Positions 15,122 to 34,204 of a stretch of 64,000 nt of DNA are shown piece after piece (positions within the stretch are counted from its first letter, which is position 1; each line of letters opens with the position of its first letter). This stretch comes from Neocallimastix sp. 'constans'. Its lineage: Eukaryota. The stretch lies in assembly GCA_050613775.1 (NCBI GenBank), contig JBODTK010000125.1, positions 310,001 through 374,000 of the forward strand, given 5' to 3'. Both the position numbers and the translations under genes were made by a program. The notes beneath the pieces were generated by a model. It worked only from the letters and a program-made list of their open reading frames with translations, was not told the origin of the DNA and ran no database searches.

Positions 15122-15276
15122 ATTTAATTATAGCATTTGTTGATTTCTTATTCAAAATTATTTAATTATAGCATTTGTTGATTTCTTATTCAAAATTATT
15201 TAATTATAGCATTTATTGATTTCTTATTCAAAATTATTTAATTATAGCATTTATTGATTTCTTATTCAAAATTATA
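15122..15276. repeat. 38-bp minisatellite, about 4 copies
   Basis: Tandem ATTTAATTATAGCATTT(G/A)TTGATTTCTTATTCAAAATT. Confidence 0.85.
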
Positions 15277-16291
15277 TTAAAAGTATTATATATTTTTAAT
15301 TTAATCTTTGTAGCATTTATTTTTGTTTACAATATAATATAGATTTTAATAATGGAATTTATTTATATTTTATTTTAAATTAAATTACATTATAATAATT
15401 ATTTCATTAATAATTAAATGATTATTATTTATATATTTCTTTAAAATTCAAAATTTAATATTCCTGTTACACAATGTAAAAATTATTTATTTAATCAATT
15501 ATAATTAATACATTTGAAATTAATAGTATTTAATTAATCAAAAAATAATAATATTTTTTTTATAATTTAATTATATAATAAAGTTTATTTTATTTTATTT
15601 TATTTTTTTGTTTTATTATTTTTTATTTATCTTATAATATATTATTAAATTGTTTATTCAATAAAATTTATTAAATTAATTTATGATTTATTAATTAATA
15701 TAAACTTCCTTTTTTCTTTCAATATAAAACAAAAAATATTAAAAATTATTTATGATAAAGCAGGGAATTTAAAATTTATTTAATATTAATTTATTATATT
15801 TTTTATATTTTATTTATTATAATATTTTTTTTAATATTTCAAAAATTATAAATAGGTCAATTTTTCTTAAAACTTCTGTGCTCATTCATAAGTTTTATTG
15901 TATTGTATAAATAATTTTTTTTTTTGCATATATTTGTTTTAAAAATTTAAAAAAAAAAGATTATTGTTTATGTTATTTAAAGCAATTTAAAAAAAAATTT
16001 TTTAATTATTTTTAATAATTAAAGCTATTATTTTTACAGGAAAAGAGAAATCGAATATACATATTATTATAATTTTTTTTTTAAACTACGATAAGGAATT
16101 TCAAATAAAATAAAAAAAAAAAAGTAATATACTTGAATTTTACAAAGCAAAAAAATTTTTTTTCTTAAATTGGGTTTTATTTACTGCTTTCGCCATAAAT
16201 ATATAATTGTATATTTGCAATAAATAAAATAATATCAAAAAAAAAAAAAAAAAAAAACATATAAACACTTAAATAAACACTTAAGAAAAAA

Positions 16292-17655
16292 ATGAAAATT
16301 TTCGTTTTATTTCTAGTTACTTTATTTACTATTTTATCATCTGTTGAAGCATACTGGAAACCAAGGCCAGGATTAAAATGGAATTGGGCTTTAGGTACAA
16401 AGGTTACTGAAATTCCAATGTAAGCATTATATTATAGTTTTTAATTAATTCAGTAATATATGTTATTAAATATATATTATTATTAATTAATAATAATAGT
16501 GAAAATACTAGCTATGAAGTTATTGATATTGATTTATATGGAGTAACTACAGAAATTATTAATAAAATGCACAAAAATGGAAAAAAGGTCATTTGCTATT
16601 TCTCTGCTGGTACATATGAAGTTGCGAGACCAGAATCTCAGGGTATGCTTGAAGTTAAAGGTCTTGTTAGAAGCAAAATGGAAGAATGGAACGAATACTG
16701 GCTTGATTACAGAGTTGAAGGTATTAAGTCATTTATGACTGAACGTTTAGATCTTGCAAAAACTAAGGGATGTGATGGTATTGAATTTGATAATGTTGAT
16801 ACTTTTACAAATGTAAACTGGCCTGATGCACCAACAATTACTGAACAATTGAAGTACGACAAATGGTTAGCAAAAGAAGCTCATGATCGTAATATGGCTG
16901 CTGGTTTCAAGAATAGCATTGAACTACTTGAAGACTTAAAGGATATCTTCGATTTTGCTATTAATGAAGAATGTAATGAATACAGTGAATGTGATGATTA
17001 TTCCGTTTTCTTAGATAATAATTTAGCTGTCTTTGTTGCTCTTTATGGATACACTACTGATAGTACTTTTATGAAAACTGTTTGTAAGGAAACTAAGGGA
17101 TATGAAGGATTAAGTATTATTATCAAAGATCCAAGTGAAAGTCTTCAATATGATTACACGGATTTTGATTACGAAAAGTTCTGTGGATCTTCTTCTAATG
17201 TAAACAAAACTACTAACACTTCGAATAAAACTACTACTAGTAAGAAAACAACTACTACTAAAAAAACTACAACTACTACTAAAAAAACTACAACTACTAC
17301 TAAAAAAACTACTACTACAACTAAAAAATCTACTACTACAACTAAAAAATCTACTACTACAACTAAAAAAACTAAAAAATCTACTACTACAACTAAAAAA
17401 ACTACTACTACAACTAAAAAATCTACTACTACAACTAAAAAATCTACTACTACAACTAAAAAAACCACTACCACAACTAAAAAAACTTCTACTAAAAAGA
17501 CCACAACTACTTCCAAGAAGACAAACTCTTCTACTAAAAAATCTACAATTAAAAAAACTTTAACAAATAAATGTACAATTTATATTAAGAAAGTTACTAA
17601 AAGAGTTAGTAATAAAACAACTGTACAGACCACTACAACAAAAAAGTGCAATTAA
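16292..17655 (+). CDS. Secreted glycoside hydrolase family 114 (endo-alpha-1,4-galactosaminidase-like) with Lys/Thr-rich tail; intron 16420-16499
   Basis: Signal peptide MKIFVLFLVTLFTILSSVEA. GH114-type motifs WKPRPGLKWNWAL, VIDIDL, KVICYFSAGTYE, RLDLAKTKGCDGIEFDNVD, AAGFKN, FDFAINEEC. (KKTTTTT)n tail. Confidence 0.85.
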
Positions 17656-18799
17656 ATGAAGTGATTATATTATTATATTTATTTAAAAAGGGATTATTGA
17701 AAATGTATTTAACAAAAATATATATTACAAATGTGTATATATTAATAATATTTCTTTTTTTTTTTTTTAATTTATAATATAAAAAAGTTAGATAAAAAAA
17801 GTTAAAAAACATTATAAAAAATGTGTATATAATATTTAGTATATTTTATATAATAGTTAAAAAAAATAATAAAATTATAAAAAGAAAAATGTATATTTAA
17901 TATATTTATTTTATAAAATTTAAAAGAAAATAAAATAATTATAAAAAAATTTGTATATAATATTTTGGCATTTTTTTACAATAGTAATAAAAAAAAAATT
18001 ATAAAAAAAAAGTGTATATTTAATATATTTCTTTTATGAAATTTAAAAGAAAATAAAATAAAAAAAAATTCTAAAAAAATGTGTATATAGTATTTATATT
18101 TTTTAAAAATTATAAAAAAATAAAAAAATATGTGTATTTATAATTTTTATAAAAAAATATTTAATAAAAAAGTGTATATTTAATATATTTCTTTTATGAA
18201 ATTTAAAAGAAAATAAAATAAAAAAAAATTCTAAAAAAATGTGTATATAGTATTTATATTTTTTAAAAATTATAAAAAATAAAAAAATATGTGTATTTAT
18301 AATTTTTATAAAAAAATATTTAATATTAATTCTTTTTTTATAAAACTTATAAAAAAATATTTAATATTAATTCTTTTTTTATAAAACTTATAAAAAAATT
18401 GAATTTTTTTAAATATACATTTTAAAAAATAAAATAAAAAAATTTATAACCAATAAAAAAGAATTGTAATAAAAATATATAAGCATTTAAATGTATAGCA
18501 TTTAAATGTATATGTGAAATAAGGAATATACAATAGAAATAACTGGTAAGTTTAGTATTAATTTTTTAGTAATATTAAATTCAAATTAGCAGATACTATC
18601 ATGTTTTTATAATTAGTACAGAAGAAAACATTTCTCTTAGTATTAAATTAAATTTTAATTATAAAATAAGAAACATAAATTATATTTTTTTTTTAAAATC
18701 TTAAAAATTTTATAAATATGAATTATAAATTTTTAATTCATGAAATTTATTAATTAATATTACAAAAATTTTATTAAAATTTTTGTAATATATTGGAAC

Positions 18800-21080
18800 T
18801 ATTATTGGTTATTGTATTCATAGTGATGGATATATTTATGCACTCAAAATTGAAACGACCTGTCATTCTAAACTTGACTCTGGAGATCATGCCATTAACG
18901 TGGAGACCGGCACGGAAATTACATTAGGAACTGATTTTGTCGATACCAATGATGCCAAGAATTTAATAATGTACCTATGTAATGCTAAGGGATGTAAACA
19001 AACTATTGGTTATGATAAAATGAAAGTCCGTGGTGATTTAACAACTGGACCAGATGGTTAGAGTACTTATATACTAATTATTGTAAACTTGAAATTGATG
19101 AAGGTACTCAATTATTTGAAGCAGTTGATTGGGCTGATAACACTTATACGGAATAACAGATTGTGGTTATATTAATACTAAAAATAGTGGCTCAATAGCT
19201 GAAAATGATGATGCATGTAATTCAAGAAGCATTGGCCTATTAAATGATAATGGTGGTGTTATGTTTAGGTGAATCTGCTAATATTATAACTACCTATAGT
19301 AATGTACCATTCAATCTTTTAACTGGTAACTTAGCTTTCAGATCTATTTTTAAATCGCTTATAAGTGTAACTGACGAAATATAGAGTGCTGTTATTACTA
19401 CTGATAGTAATATTATGTATCATAATAATGTAATTAGTGGTAAGTGTTATTACAAAAAAATAAAAAAGATAAATTTAAATTAATCATTGTAAATTTAATG
19501 CAGTTATATACTTATTTAATTTTAAATGAATTTTAATTTTATAGATTATAAATTTTTTTTATACAGCTGCAATCATTGAAAACTTTAATCTTTATTCATT
19601 TATTAATTACATAAATATTTTTCATTTTTTAAAAAAAAACACGGAATTAATATAAAAATAAATATTATTTGTCCAATTTTACCATAATAATATTTATGAT
19701 ACTAACGTGAAATAAAAAGTAATATTAAAAATAAAATATAAAAGTAAATTCAGAAAAAAGTTCATATGCAACGAACCTCACCTACATACTACATATTCCA
19801 GATTAGGGTTTGAATTGAATATAGATAATGAAACAATTGTGGTAAATATCGATACAATGCAAAAAGAAGCAATAGGTGATGCTACAGATATTATTGAATT
19901 TTATTAATTTATTTAAAGTTAAATATTAATCTAAATTTATTTTTTTATAAAAGTATCATAAACAATAAATTATATTATTGATGATAGTGATAAAGCAAAA
20001 TTACATATTTATGAATGCAGTAGTGGTGAATGTGTAAGTACTACCGGTTATATAAGAAGTAGTAATGTTAATTATGAAATAAAGTTAGATGCAGTATCCG
20101 CTCCTAACACCGATGTCACTGACTGTAATACTCTTGGAAAGATGAAATCCGATGGAACATTCTGTAATGTCGGTACTGAGGTTGCTGTAAGTACTACTGG
20201 AAATTATATATATTACAATGGATCAATATATGTATTTGCAAGAGTAAAAGCGGGAATTGTTTTAATCACTGATGTTTCAGATAAAATTATAATTTAGAAT
20301 TATATATGGTTAATTTATTTTAAAATGTTTATGTAGGATAATCAATATTAAGGACTAATTATTTTTAATGAATGTTATAGTGTACATTGAGCACTGATAT
20401 CAACTTTATTAATGGAGCTAAACAATTTGCCTTCGGTGTTGATATTAGTGAAAGTATAATAGAAGAAATGGGTAATTTTACAAATCTTGCTTTGTATTTC
20501 CGTAAAGATTCTAAGGATTGTACCCAAACGTATGGTTATTTGAAGACCAAAGATATTACATCTGATTATTATAGTATTGATAAAGGTGACAGTTCTAAAT
20601 CGGATATTTCTGAAATCGAATCTGGTTCATGTACTGATGGCCATTTAGGTATTCTTTACAGAAGTAATAAGTATTTATGTATTCATCATACTGAAGCAAG
20701 TACTATTTCATTTTCTGAAACAACAAAGAAATACGAATATAAGTCAGAAGCAGCTGCTAATGCATTTACTGGAGCAGATTTAATTGTAGAAGTATCAGCC
20801 AATACCATTGTTACGTATCCAAGATTCATTGAAGATTTGAGTAATGGTGTTTATTTAATTGAAGTTACGCTACTCAAGAAATAACAGATGTTGATTACGT
20901 TACTGGAGCAGATATTAACAATAAAAATGGATTATCTTTTTATATTTGTGATGGTGGGGACTGTAAGGCAACTTATGGTTATGTTACAAACAGTAAAGGT
21001 TTAAAAGTTTACTCTGTAAATAGCAGCGATAGTGATGATATTGGTAGTAACTGCTTTTGCATCTAAAAGTGGTGAAATAA
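18800..21080 (+). pseudogene. Decayed scaffoldin-like (Cys-repeat) gene of anaerobic-fungal type
   Basis: Four copies of a YxCxxxxCxxTxGY-like motif: LIMYLCNAKGCKQTIGY (~18965), LHIYECSSGECVSTTGY (~20001), LALYFRKDSKDCTQTYGY (~20485), LSFYICDGGDCKATYGY (~20932). Interrupted by stops (TAG ~19059) and frameshifts. Family call is from motif recall only. Confidence 0.6.
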
Positions 21081-21410
21081 TATGCACTTAGCAGGGCCAG
21101 TACCATTTAAAGAGAAGACCATAATTTCTTTCAGATAGTTAATTCAAACCCTAATTCTAAATAAAAATTCCCTTTATACAGATATCTTATAATCTGGAGG
21201 AAAGTTCGTTGCATATGAACTTTTTCCTGAATTTATTTATACATTTTATTTTGAATATTACTTTTAATTTCATATTATTATTCAAAATATTTTTATCTTT
21301 TAATTGGACAAATAATATTCATTTTTTTATTAATTTTTTTTTTTAAAAAATATTTATTTAATTAATAAATGAATAAATAAATAAAGTTTGTAGTTTGTAA
21401 TAATTACTGC
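19565..21410. repeat. Long diverged inverted repeat pair (~19565-19820 and ~21135-21410)
   Basis: Perfect 22-nt inverted core at 19755-19776 / 21204-21225. Collinear inverted blocks at 19802-19816 / 21141-21155 and 19663-19678 / 21302-21317. Confidence 0.8.
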
Positions 21411-22499
21411 TTTTTAAAAAATCTTCATGTATGAATCATTCATATATAGTACTATTATGTTACACCCTCAGGGATGTATCTCCTTATATGAGGTTCACTT
21501 GAGGGAAGACTAACTTATATTTTGTGATACCAGAGATGATAGCAAAAATTTAAGTATCTCTCAATATGTGCTATGGTACGATTTTCAAAATGCTTAGAAC
21601 ACGTTCTTTGAGGGGATCACATACTTGGTTATGTACCATAAATGAAAATTTTATTAGTAGTTAGTTTAGTGGAATCAAAGGATTATATTATTTTATTTCT
21701 ACTTTTTTTTCACTTTTAAATTTTTTTTTACTACTATAATATTCTATTTTTATTAGTTTTTAAAATTAATTTTTTAATAACCTTACTAAAACAGATTAAT
21801 ACATTTGTTTTTTTTTTATTTGAAAACTATCAGTTAATAATGAAGCTGGATTTTTGATTTACTCAGTATTGTCTTTATTTTTGTATATCTTTATATATAT
21901 ATATATATATTTTAATTATTTTTAATTGTTTTTAATTTTATTTTCCTTATATATATACTTTTATTTCTTATTTTATTTTTCCTATGTCTTTGTTTATTAA
22001 TATCACTACTTTTTTGCTATCTTTCTTATTTTAATTATTTTAATTTGTTTTCTTTTTTTATAATACTATTTTTTTAGTTATGAGCCTTATAATACTTCAT
22101 TTTCTTAGTGATAAAATTTATTATTTATAAAATAAATAAAAAAAAATAAATTATTATATGTTATAATTATTTCTCTTTGTTTCAATTACTATTTTCTACT
22201 AAAGTTATATTCATTAAGGTCTTTCTAATATTTTTATTCTTATCTTTTTATTGTTGCTTACAATTCAGAATACAAACATATCACACAAAATTCTAAGGTG
22301 ATTATAGTATTTGAAACAACAACTTGTTATCAATTTTCATTAATCATAATCAGTGAATTTAGATACTTAATTAATAAATTATCACTAATTTGAAACAATC
22401 AATATGAACATATCCAAAATTATCTAATCTTTGAAGGCTCACCCTTCTTTAACAATATTATAAAAAAATATTACATGATATTCATTCATAATCTCGAAG

Positions 22500-23700
22500 A
22501 TTGGTAAGTAAAATAATTTTATAACGTAATAAATTTGAACACTAAATCTCAATTTTACCATCTCATTTCTATTAGTAAAAAATATTCACCATTTCATGGC
22601 TCATATTTTGTTGTTAAAATTAATGTTCCTAATCACCACATACTATTTAGTTTCATCCTTAAAGATATTGAAAGACTCCCTATTACATCGAAAATTGGTT
22701 GGAAACGTTGTTGCTTAAATTCTTTATATACAAAAAATTTAGTAAATTCCAATAGAAAAAAAATATAAAAATAATTTCAAACCTTTAGATGCCCTTTTCA
22801 ATCCTACGACTCAAGATCATTTCTCTAATCTCCTTTCTTCAAGCTCAATTTTCTTTAACCATTATATTTGCTGGAATATCAATAGTTGGAGTAATGAAAA
22901 AAAAAGGATGGGTTGTTTACTTTATTCAATCTTCAAACCTGCATGTATATGCCTACAGGAAACTCATAACAGTAAGTTTTCCGATTATGAATGTTCCTCC
23001 TCTTTCTTCCTTTATAATTACATTCAAATTTTCCTTCATGATAATAAAATAACTACAGGAATGAAAGGCCTATATATTGATGTTCATTCTTCCTGTTCTT
23101 TTAGTCCTGAATCTCTCTTGTATATATTTATCAAAATGGATTAGTTCTAATTGGATCATTAAAGATCTAATTAAAAATATTCTTACTATACATAATTATT
23201 CTAAGGCTAAAGAATCGCATACTCTATATAAAAAAAGTTTGGTGATGTTATTACATATTGGTCTGATATTACCAAAAAAACAATGTATTAAAGGAACTAG
23301 CTATGATAAATCAAAATTTATTCACACACTTTATTTTCTTCCTACTCACCAATTTCAGATTGTGAAAAGGAAATTAATGAATATATTTTTATGTTCCTTC
23401 ATGGCGGAACTTTAGCTTTAAATTAGCTACAATTCAATATATGGGAACAAAGACATTTAAAAGAATTTCTATTAAAGAGTTCTGGGATCTAATGTTTCAT
23501 ATATAGTTAGTTTTGCGAATTATCATACCAACAATAAACTAGTCATTAATGACTCTTTTGAGTTACTTTTTGATTGGTATAGTAAAAAATCATTCCAATC
23601 AAAAGAGCCTACATTGAACTGATATGGTAAAAAAGAACCTCTATTACTAGTTTTTCAAGTACATCTATAGATATTGAATTTTCTGATAATATTTCTTTTG
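22500..23700 (+). mobile_element. Degenerate non-LTR retrotransposon (LINE) remnant, APE-type endonuclease region
   Basis: Frameshifted pieces YICWNINSW, KPACICLQETHN and GMKGLYIDVH match the WN(I/V)xG and LQET motifs of APE endonucleases. Many stops. Boundaries approximate. Confidence 0.6.
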
Positions 23701-24815
23701 GTTCGAGTGAGAGTTTAGTGGTTACCACACTATCTGCTTATCAGATGTTAATTTTTTTTTTTTTTATTAAATATTTTTGGTTGAATTGATTTTAATTCAC
23801 ATCATAATACCTGAATTATTTTTAAAATTTCTCTTTATTTTCATTATATTATATTAACTTTTTTTTTTTTTTTTTTTTTTTTTAATTTTTATAAAATTAT
23901 ATCTATAATATTTTTTATATTTCCTTTTTGGTAATATATCTATAAGATATATTTCATTTGCAATATATACTATATTATATTTTTTAATAATAAATAAAGT
24001 AATGAAATTGTATTCTTTTTATAGCCTAATATATATATATATATTTTTTTTTTTTTTCCTTTTTTTTTTTTTTTTTTAAATTTATAAAAAATTATAAGTT
24101 TTTTTTATCTATTAATATTAAAAAATATCAAACAATTTCTTTAATTTCGTATAGAGATAGTGATATTTTTTTTATTACTATTTGAAAAATTTTGTAAAAA
24201 ATTAATATAAAAAAGAAAATATATTTTTAAAATCATTATATTATTTTATAATATATATATATATATATATAAAATTTCAAGGATAAATATTTTAATATTA
24301 TATATATAATACAAGTATTTAATATTATATTATATTTTATTTTTAAATAGTTTTTATCTTTTTTTTTTTTTTTTTATGTATATATATATAATATTAATAT
24401 TTTTTTAATTATTAAATATATATATATATATTCAAATAAAAAAAAAAAAAAAAAAAAAAAAAAATACTAAAAGAAGAATAAAAAATCAATTCATAATGAA
24501 TAAATTTAAATATAATAATAATTTATAATTTTTTAAATTTTTTTCTTATTTTCTTATTTAAATAATAATTTTTATATTATAATAAATACAATTATAATAA
24601 TATACTTATGTTAGTAAAATAATAAAATTATATCTATATATTATATTATATTATAGGTTTTAATGAAAAGGGGAAAAAAATAGATTATCTAGATACTATA
24701 TATAAATTCGATAATAATAAATATTTAAAAATTTTTTTTTAAACATATATATATATATACTTTAAAAAAAAAAATTAATTTAAAATTAATTTTTTTTATT
24801 TTATTTTATTTTATT

Positions 24816-29281
<4,466 letters not shown>

Positions 29282-29891
29282 TTTATCTTTTTTTTTTTTT
29301 TTTTTTTTTATCTTGTATTATATTACTATTGCTATTATTTTAAGTTATTTATTCTTAAACGTTTCACTTTTTTATTTATTTAATATAGAATACTTATAAA
29401 TATACTTTGATATTAAAATTAATATGTATAATATATAGTAACGTTATTTTGGAATTCTCTTTCAAGAAATATTAGATAATGTATTATTTTAACCTATAAC
29501 CATATAAAATAATAATATTATTATATATATATTATATAACAATAATATAGGGAAAAAAAGTGTGAGTATACATCCATTTGTCTTCAGAAATTTTAATTTT
29601 AGTTTGTAATGATAACCATAATATTATAATATTTTCTTTTTCCATATTTGATACATATGAAAATGATAATATAATAAACAAAAAATAGGAAAAAATAAAA
29701 AATAAAAAAAATAAAAAAAAATAAAAAATAAAAAATAAAAAAATAGAAAAAAAAAATAAATATAGATATTGAATATTATTAATATCAATAATGATATAAT
29801 TATTTCCACTCCAATGTTCCAAACATTGATACAAAAAACATAAATAATTTTATATTTGATAATAATCCTCCACTTATTATTTGTTTGCTTG

Positions 29892-29925
<34 letters not shown>

Positions 29926-31014
29926 AAAAAAAAAAAAAAGAAAGTAGAACATGGAATATTTCAATAAATTTATTTAATATTACTTTTTTCAATATGTTCT
30001 CTATTTTTATTTGAAAAAAAGATTATTTTAGAGTAAATTACTTTATAATAAACCAAATATATCAATAGTCCTCATTGTATTTACAAATTTTTTTTATTAT
30101 TACTTCTTGATATGTATATATATACATATATTTTTGTTTTAATGAAAGGGAAAGAAAAAAAAAATTATTTTTTTGCTGTAAATTCAGTAGGAAATTTTAA
30201 ATATCTTTATAAAAAAGATTTTATTTTAATAAAATTATGATATAATTATATAAATTAGATTTTATAATATTAAATTATATTTAATATAAAATTATTAATT
30301 CATATTATGTTAAATAAATAATTTTTTAATTTTGAAAAAGCATAAAAAAAAACAAAATATTAAAAAAAGAAAAAAATTATTATTTTATTATTAATAATTA
30401 AATCAAATTTATATTATTTAAAATTAAAGACTTGATTATAATAAGAAAAGTCAAAATAAATATATTAAAGATTTCATATCAACTTTTTTTTTTAAAAAAT
30501 GTTAAAATATTAATTAAATTTTTTATGAATTTTATCTATATAAATAGTAAATTGAATATCATTAATTTTTTATAATTAAAATAATTATATGAACGTATTG
30601 TTCTCATATAATTAATATATTTTTTGATTAAATAAAGGAAAAAAGTTTTTATATATATATATATATAAAATTAATATTAAAATTTCAGTAATTAATAAAT
30701 AAATAAATTCATAAATAAATAAATAATAAATAAATACATAAATACATAAATAAATAAATATGAATTTTATTATTATAGATAGAATAATATATAAAAATTT
30801 TAATTCAAATTTTTTTAAATATATCTTAATATATATATTTAAATGAATAAATACTAATTATATAAATAAATAAATAAATAAATAATAAAAAATAAAAATA
30901 TTCATTATTTTAATATTAAATACATGCATTGGAATTGTAAATTTTGTCTTATTTTAATGTTTACATTAAAACTTTAATTTTTTTTTTAAAAAAATAAAAT
31001 AAAATAAAATAAAA

Positions 31015-31069
<55 letters not shown>

Positions 31070-32189
31070 AAAATAAAAATAAAATTTTAAATATTATATT
31101 AAAATGTAAAATTTTATTCTATACTATATACATATATACATGAATATATATATATATTTAATTTTTTTTACTCTCAAATAATTTTAATTATAAAATATTA
31201 TTAGAAAAACTTTTTTTTATATACTAAAAAAAAGTTGTTTTTTTGTTTACTATATATTTTTTATAACATTATTTATTTAACTAATTGTTAATGATATTAA
31301 ATTGATTCAAAAGCATGTTTATATAACTACAGAATGTTATTATTCTTTATTTATTATATCATTGAATTCATATTTAGAATCACGAGTCACGTTCAACTAA
31401 AAGGACTACAAAGTTCATGAATCCATTCATAATTAATTTTATGTTATTAAAAAAAAAAATTGAAGAATCAACGAATTTTATATTGGAATTAAAAGTAGTA
31501 CAATTTTTCATAACTTAGAAGTTTGTTTATATTTTGAAATTTTTATATAAAGTTAACTTTTTTGAAAATAAGTAATTAAAAAAAAAAAAAAAAAAAAAAA
31601 ATAGGTTATTAATAATTAATAAAAATAAGAATAATTAATTAATTAAAATAAATATTAAAAATTATTATTAAATATTATAATAATCTCTATTATAACAATT
31701 ATTATAATAATAAAAATTAAAAATGAATAATTATATTTTTTTATATAAAGAAATTTCCTATTTATAATAATGTTTATTAATGTTAAATATAATATTTATA
31801 ATATATATATATTTAGTTTTTTAATTCAATAAAATGTCAAATTATTTTTATAATTAATATGTAATTTTAATTATGTACAAAAAAGGAAATATTATAATAA
31901 AACAATATTATTTAATGTTTTATTCTAAAATATATATATATTTCACTAAAATAATAATAAAATAGTTTATACGATAATTGTTAGTATAGCTTTATATATT
32001 AACATTACATCTAATAACTTATATTGATATAGTTTTTTTTTTTTTTTTTTTTATTATTATTATTATTATCTTCATAATTATAATATTAATAAATTTATGA
32101 AATTAGTCAGTAATAGTAATATATATAGACATATAAATATAAATTTATATATATTTTATTTTTTTAAAAAAAAGAGAAAAAAAATTTAT

Positions 32190-34126
32190 TTTATTCACAT
32201 ATACGCATGTTCCGGATTAGAATTTTTACCTATTTGTACAATATTACGTTTTTGAGCTAATTTTATTTTATCTATTTTATTTTAAGAATAATTTATTATT
32301 ATAAATAGTAAAATATTATATTAAAAAATATTAAATTGCATTATAAAACAAATTTAAATATAATTAGTTTTAATAATCAAAATATATTTATTATATATAT
32401 ATATTTTAATACCTTCCTTCAAGTGAATTTAATCCTGATATTTCAAATACATTTGGATTTTTTTGTAAAAGTTGTTAAATATACTTTTTGTTTTGGCATG
32501 ACATTACTTTCATTTTAGCATGATTTAAAACTTCAACTAATAAATCAAAATATCCTTGAACCATTGAATTTAACAAGATAATCTTCTATCTCTGACATAA
32601 TCAACATCTGCTTATTATTTATAAAATTGATTTATTAATAATATTATTAATATATTTGCATTATTTTTTTTTATTTATTTTATTTAATATAAAATTAATT
32701 AAGATGTTTAATGTATATATTTTTATTTTATTGTTATTTTTTTAATTATAAACTAATTAGATATAACTTTTTATTTTTTATTTATATATTATAATATTGC
32801 TTTATTATATTGCTATTTTTTTTCTATACTTATAACATGGATAATTATTAATATCTAATGTAGAATTAGAAAAAGTTTTACTGAATATATTATTATCATC
32901 ATTATTATCAGTTATTTCTACATCATATTTTAATTAGCTACTAGTTTTGAGAATTTTATTTATTATTTAGTGAATTAATCATATTAGAGCTATAAGATTT
33001 AGAATAACAACTTTGACTTCCTTTAGAACTTTTTGATTGTAGTGGTGGGAAGGGTATTCTCCTGGACTAACAACTGATTTTTCTAAAGCTCTCTTTGTAG
33101 CTTCAATAGCTGAAAAATTTGTTTTAACAATGATATTAAAGAAAGATGTGGAATAACTAATATTTCCGTTTGATGGATTAGTAACAAAAGATAAATTATT
33201 TTGTAAATCCACAGTATCATCTTCATTTAAAATATTATACTTCTATTCTTATTAATGAATTAATTTTTTTAACAGATATATAATACAAAATTTATTATTA
33301 TAAAAAAAATGTATATTTAAATATTTACTTTCTATTTCTTAATGCAGATAAAGCATATATAGAATCTCTAGTCATTCATTATTTTAATATATATATAAAT
33401 TTATGGAAGATAAAATAATTCAATTAAAAATCTCATTTAATTTTATATATTTTTAATTGAACTTTTATTTCATTAAATACTGTACCTATCTCCAGAAATT
33501 AAATCAATAATAGCCATGTATTTTATATTTTAAATTTAATTATTAATAATAATAATCTAATATTTTAAAAATTTTTTTTTAATTATTATATAATATATTA
33601 TTATTATTATACCTGGCGATGGGGTATCAAGAGCAAATGCTTGTATGTATTAATAGCAAAGAGAAAAAAATTTTATTTTTATTTTTATTTTTATCTTATA
33701 TTTTTTATTTTTATTTATTTTTTTTTTTTAAAAAAAATTATTAGTTTTATAGTTAATGAAATTAAATGCAATTTACATTTTATTTATATTTAATATACCT
33801 AACATATCTACTAATATCAGCTGAATTTTAATTTGAGAAATATAAAAATGAATAATTATTAATAATATTATTACAAAAAATTATTAAAAATATTGAAATG
33901 TAAGAATTGTTATAGACAATTTAATAAAATAAAAAAAAAAAAATAATTAAAATTTTATTAACATGCCAACATTTTTTCGTCCATTATGTTGACAATTAAT
34001 TAAATAAACGCCGTTTGGTTGTAACTCACTTCTAAGACTTTTTTTTATAGGTGGAATCCTTAATTGGTAAATATGCTATGTTTTTTTTTTAATATACAAA
34101 TTTGTATTCGACTGAATATATTAATG

Positions 34127-34204
<78 letters not shown>

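Noticed and set aside
17169..17516. Val-rich minus-strand ORF
   Set aside because: Antisense shadow of the Lys/Thr repeat of GH114.
33608..33650. U1 snRNA-like ATACCTGG
   Set aside because: It lacks the full ATACTTACCTG and U1 stems; it is the reverse complement of a splice donor in the decayed gene.
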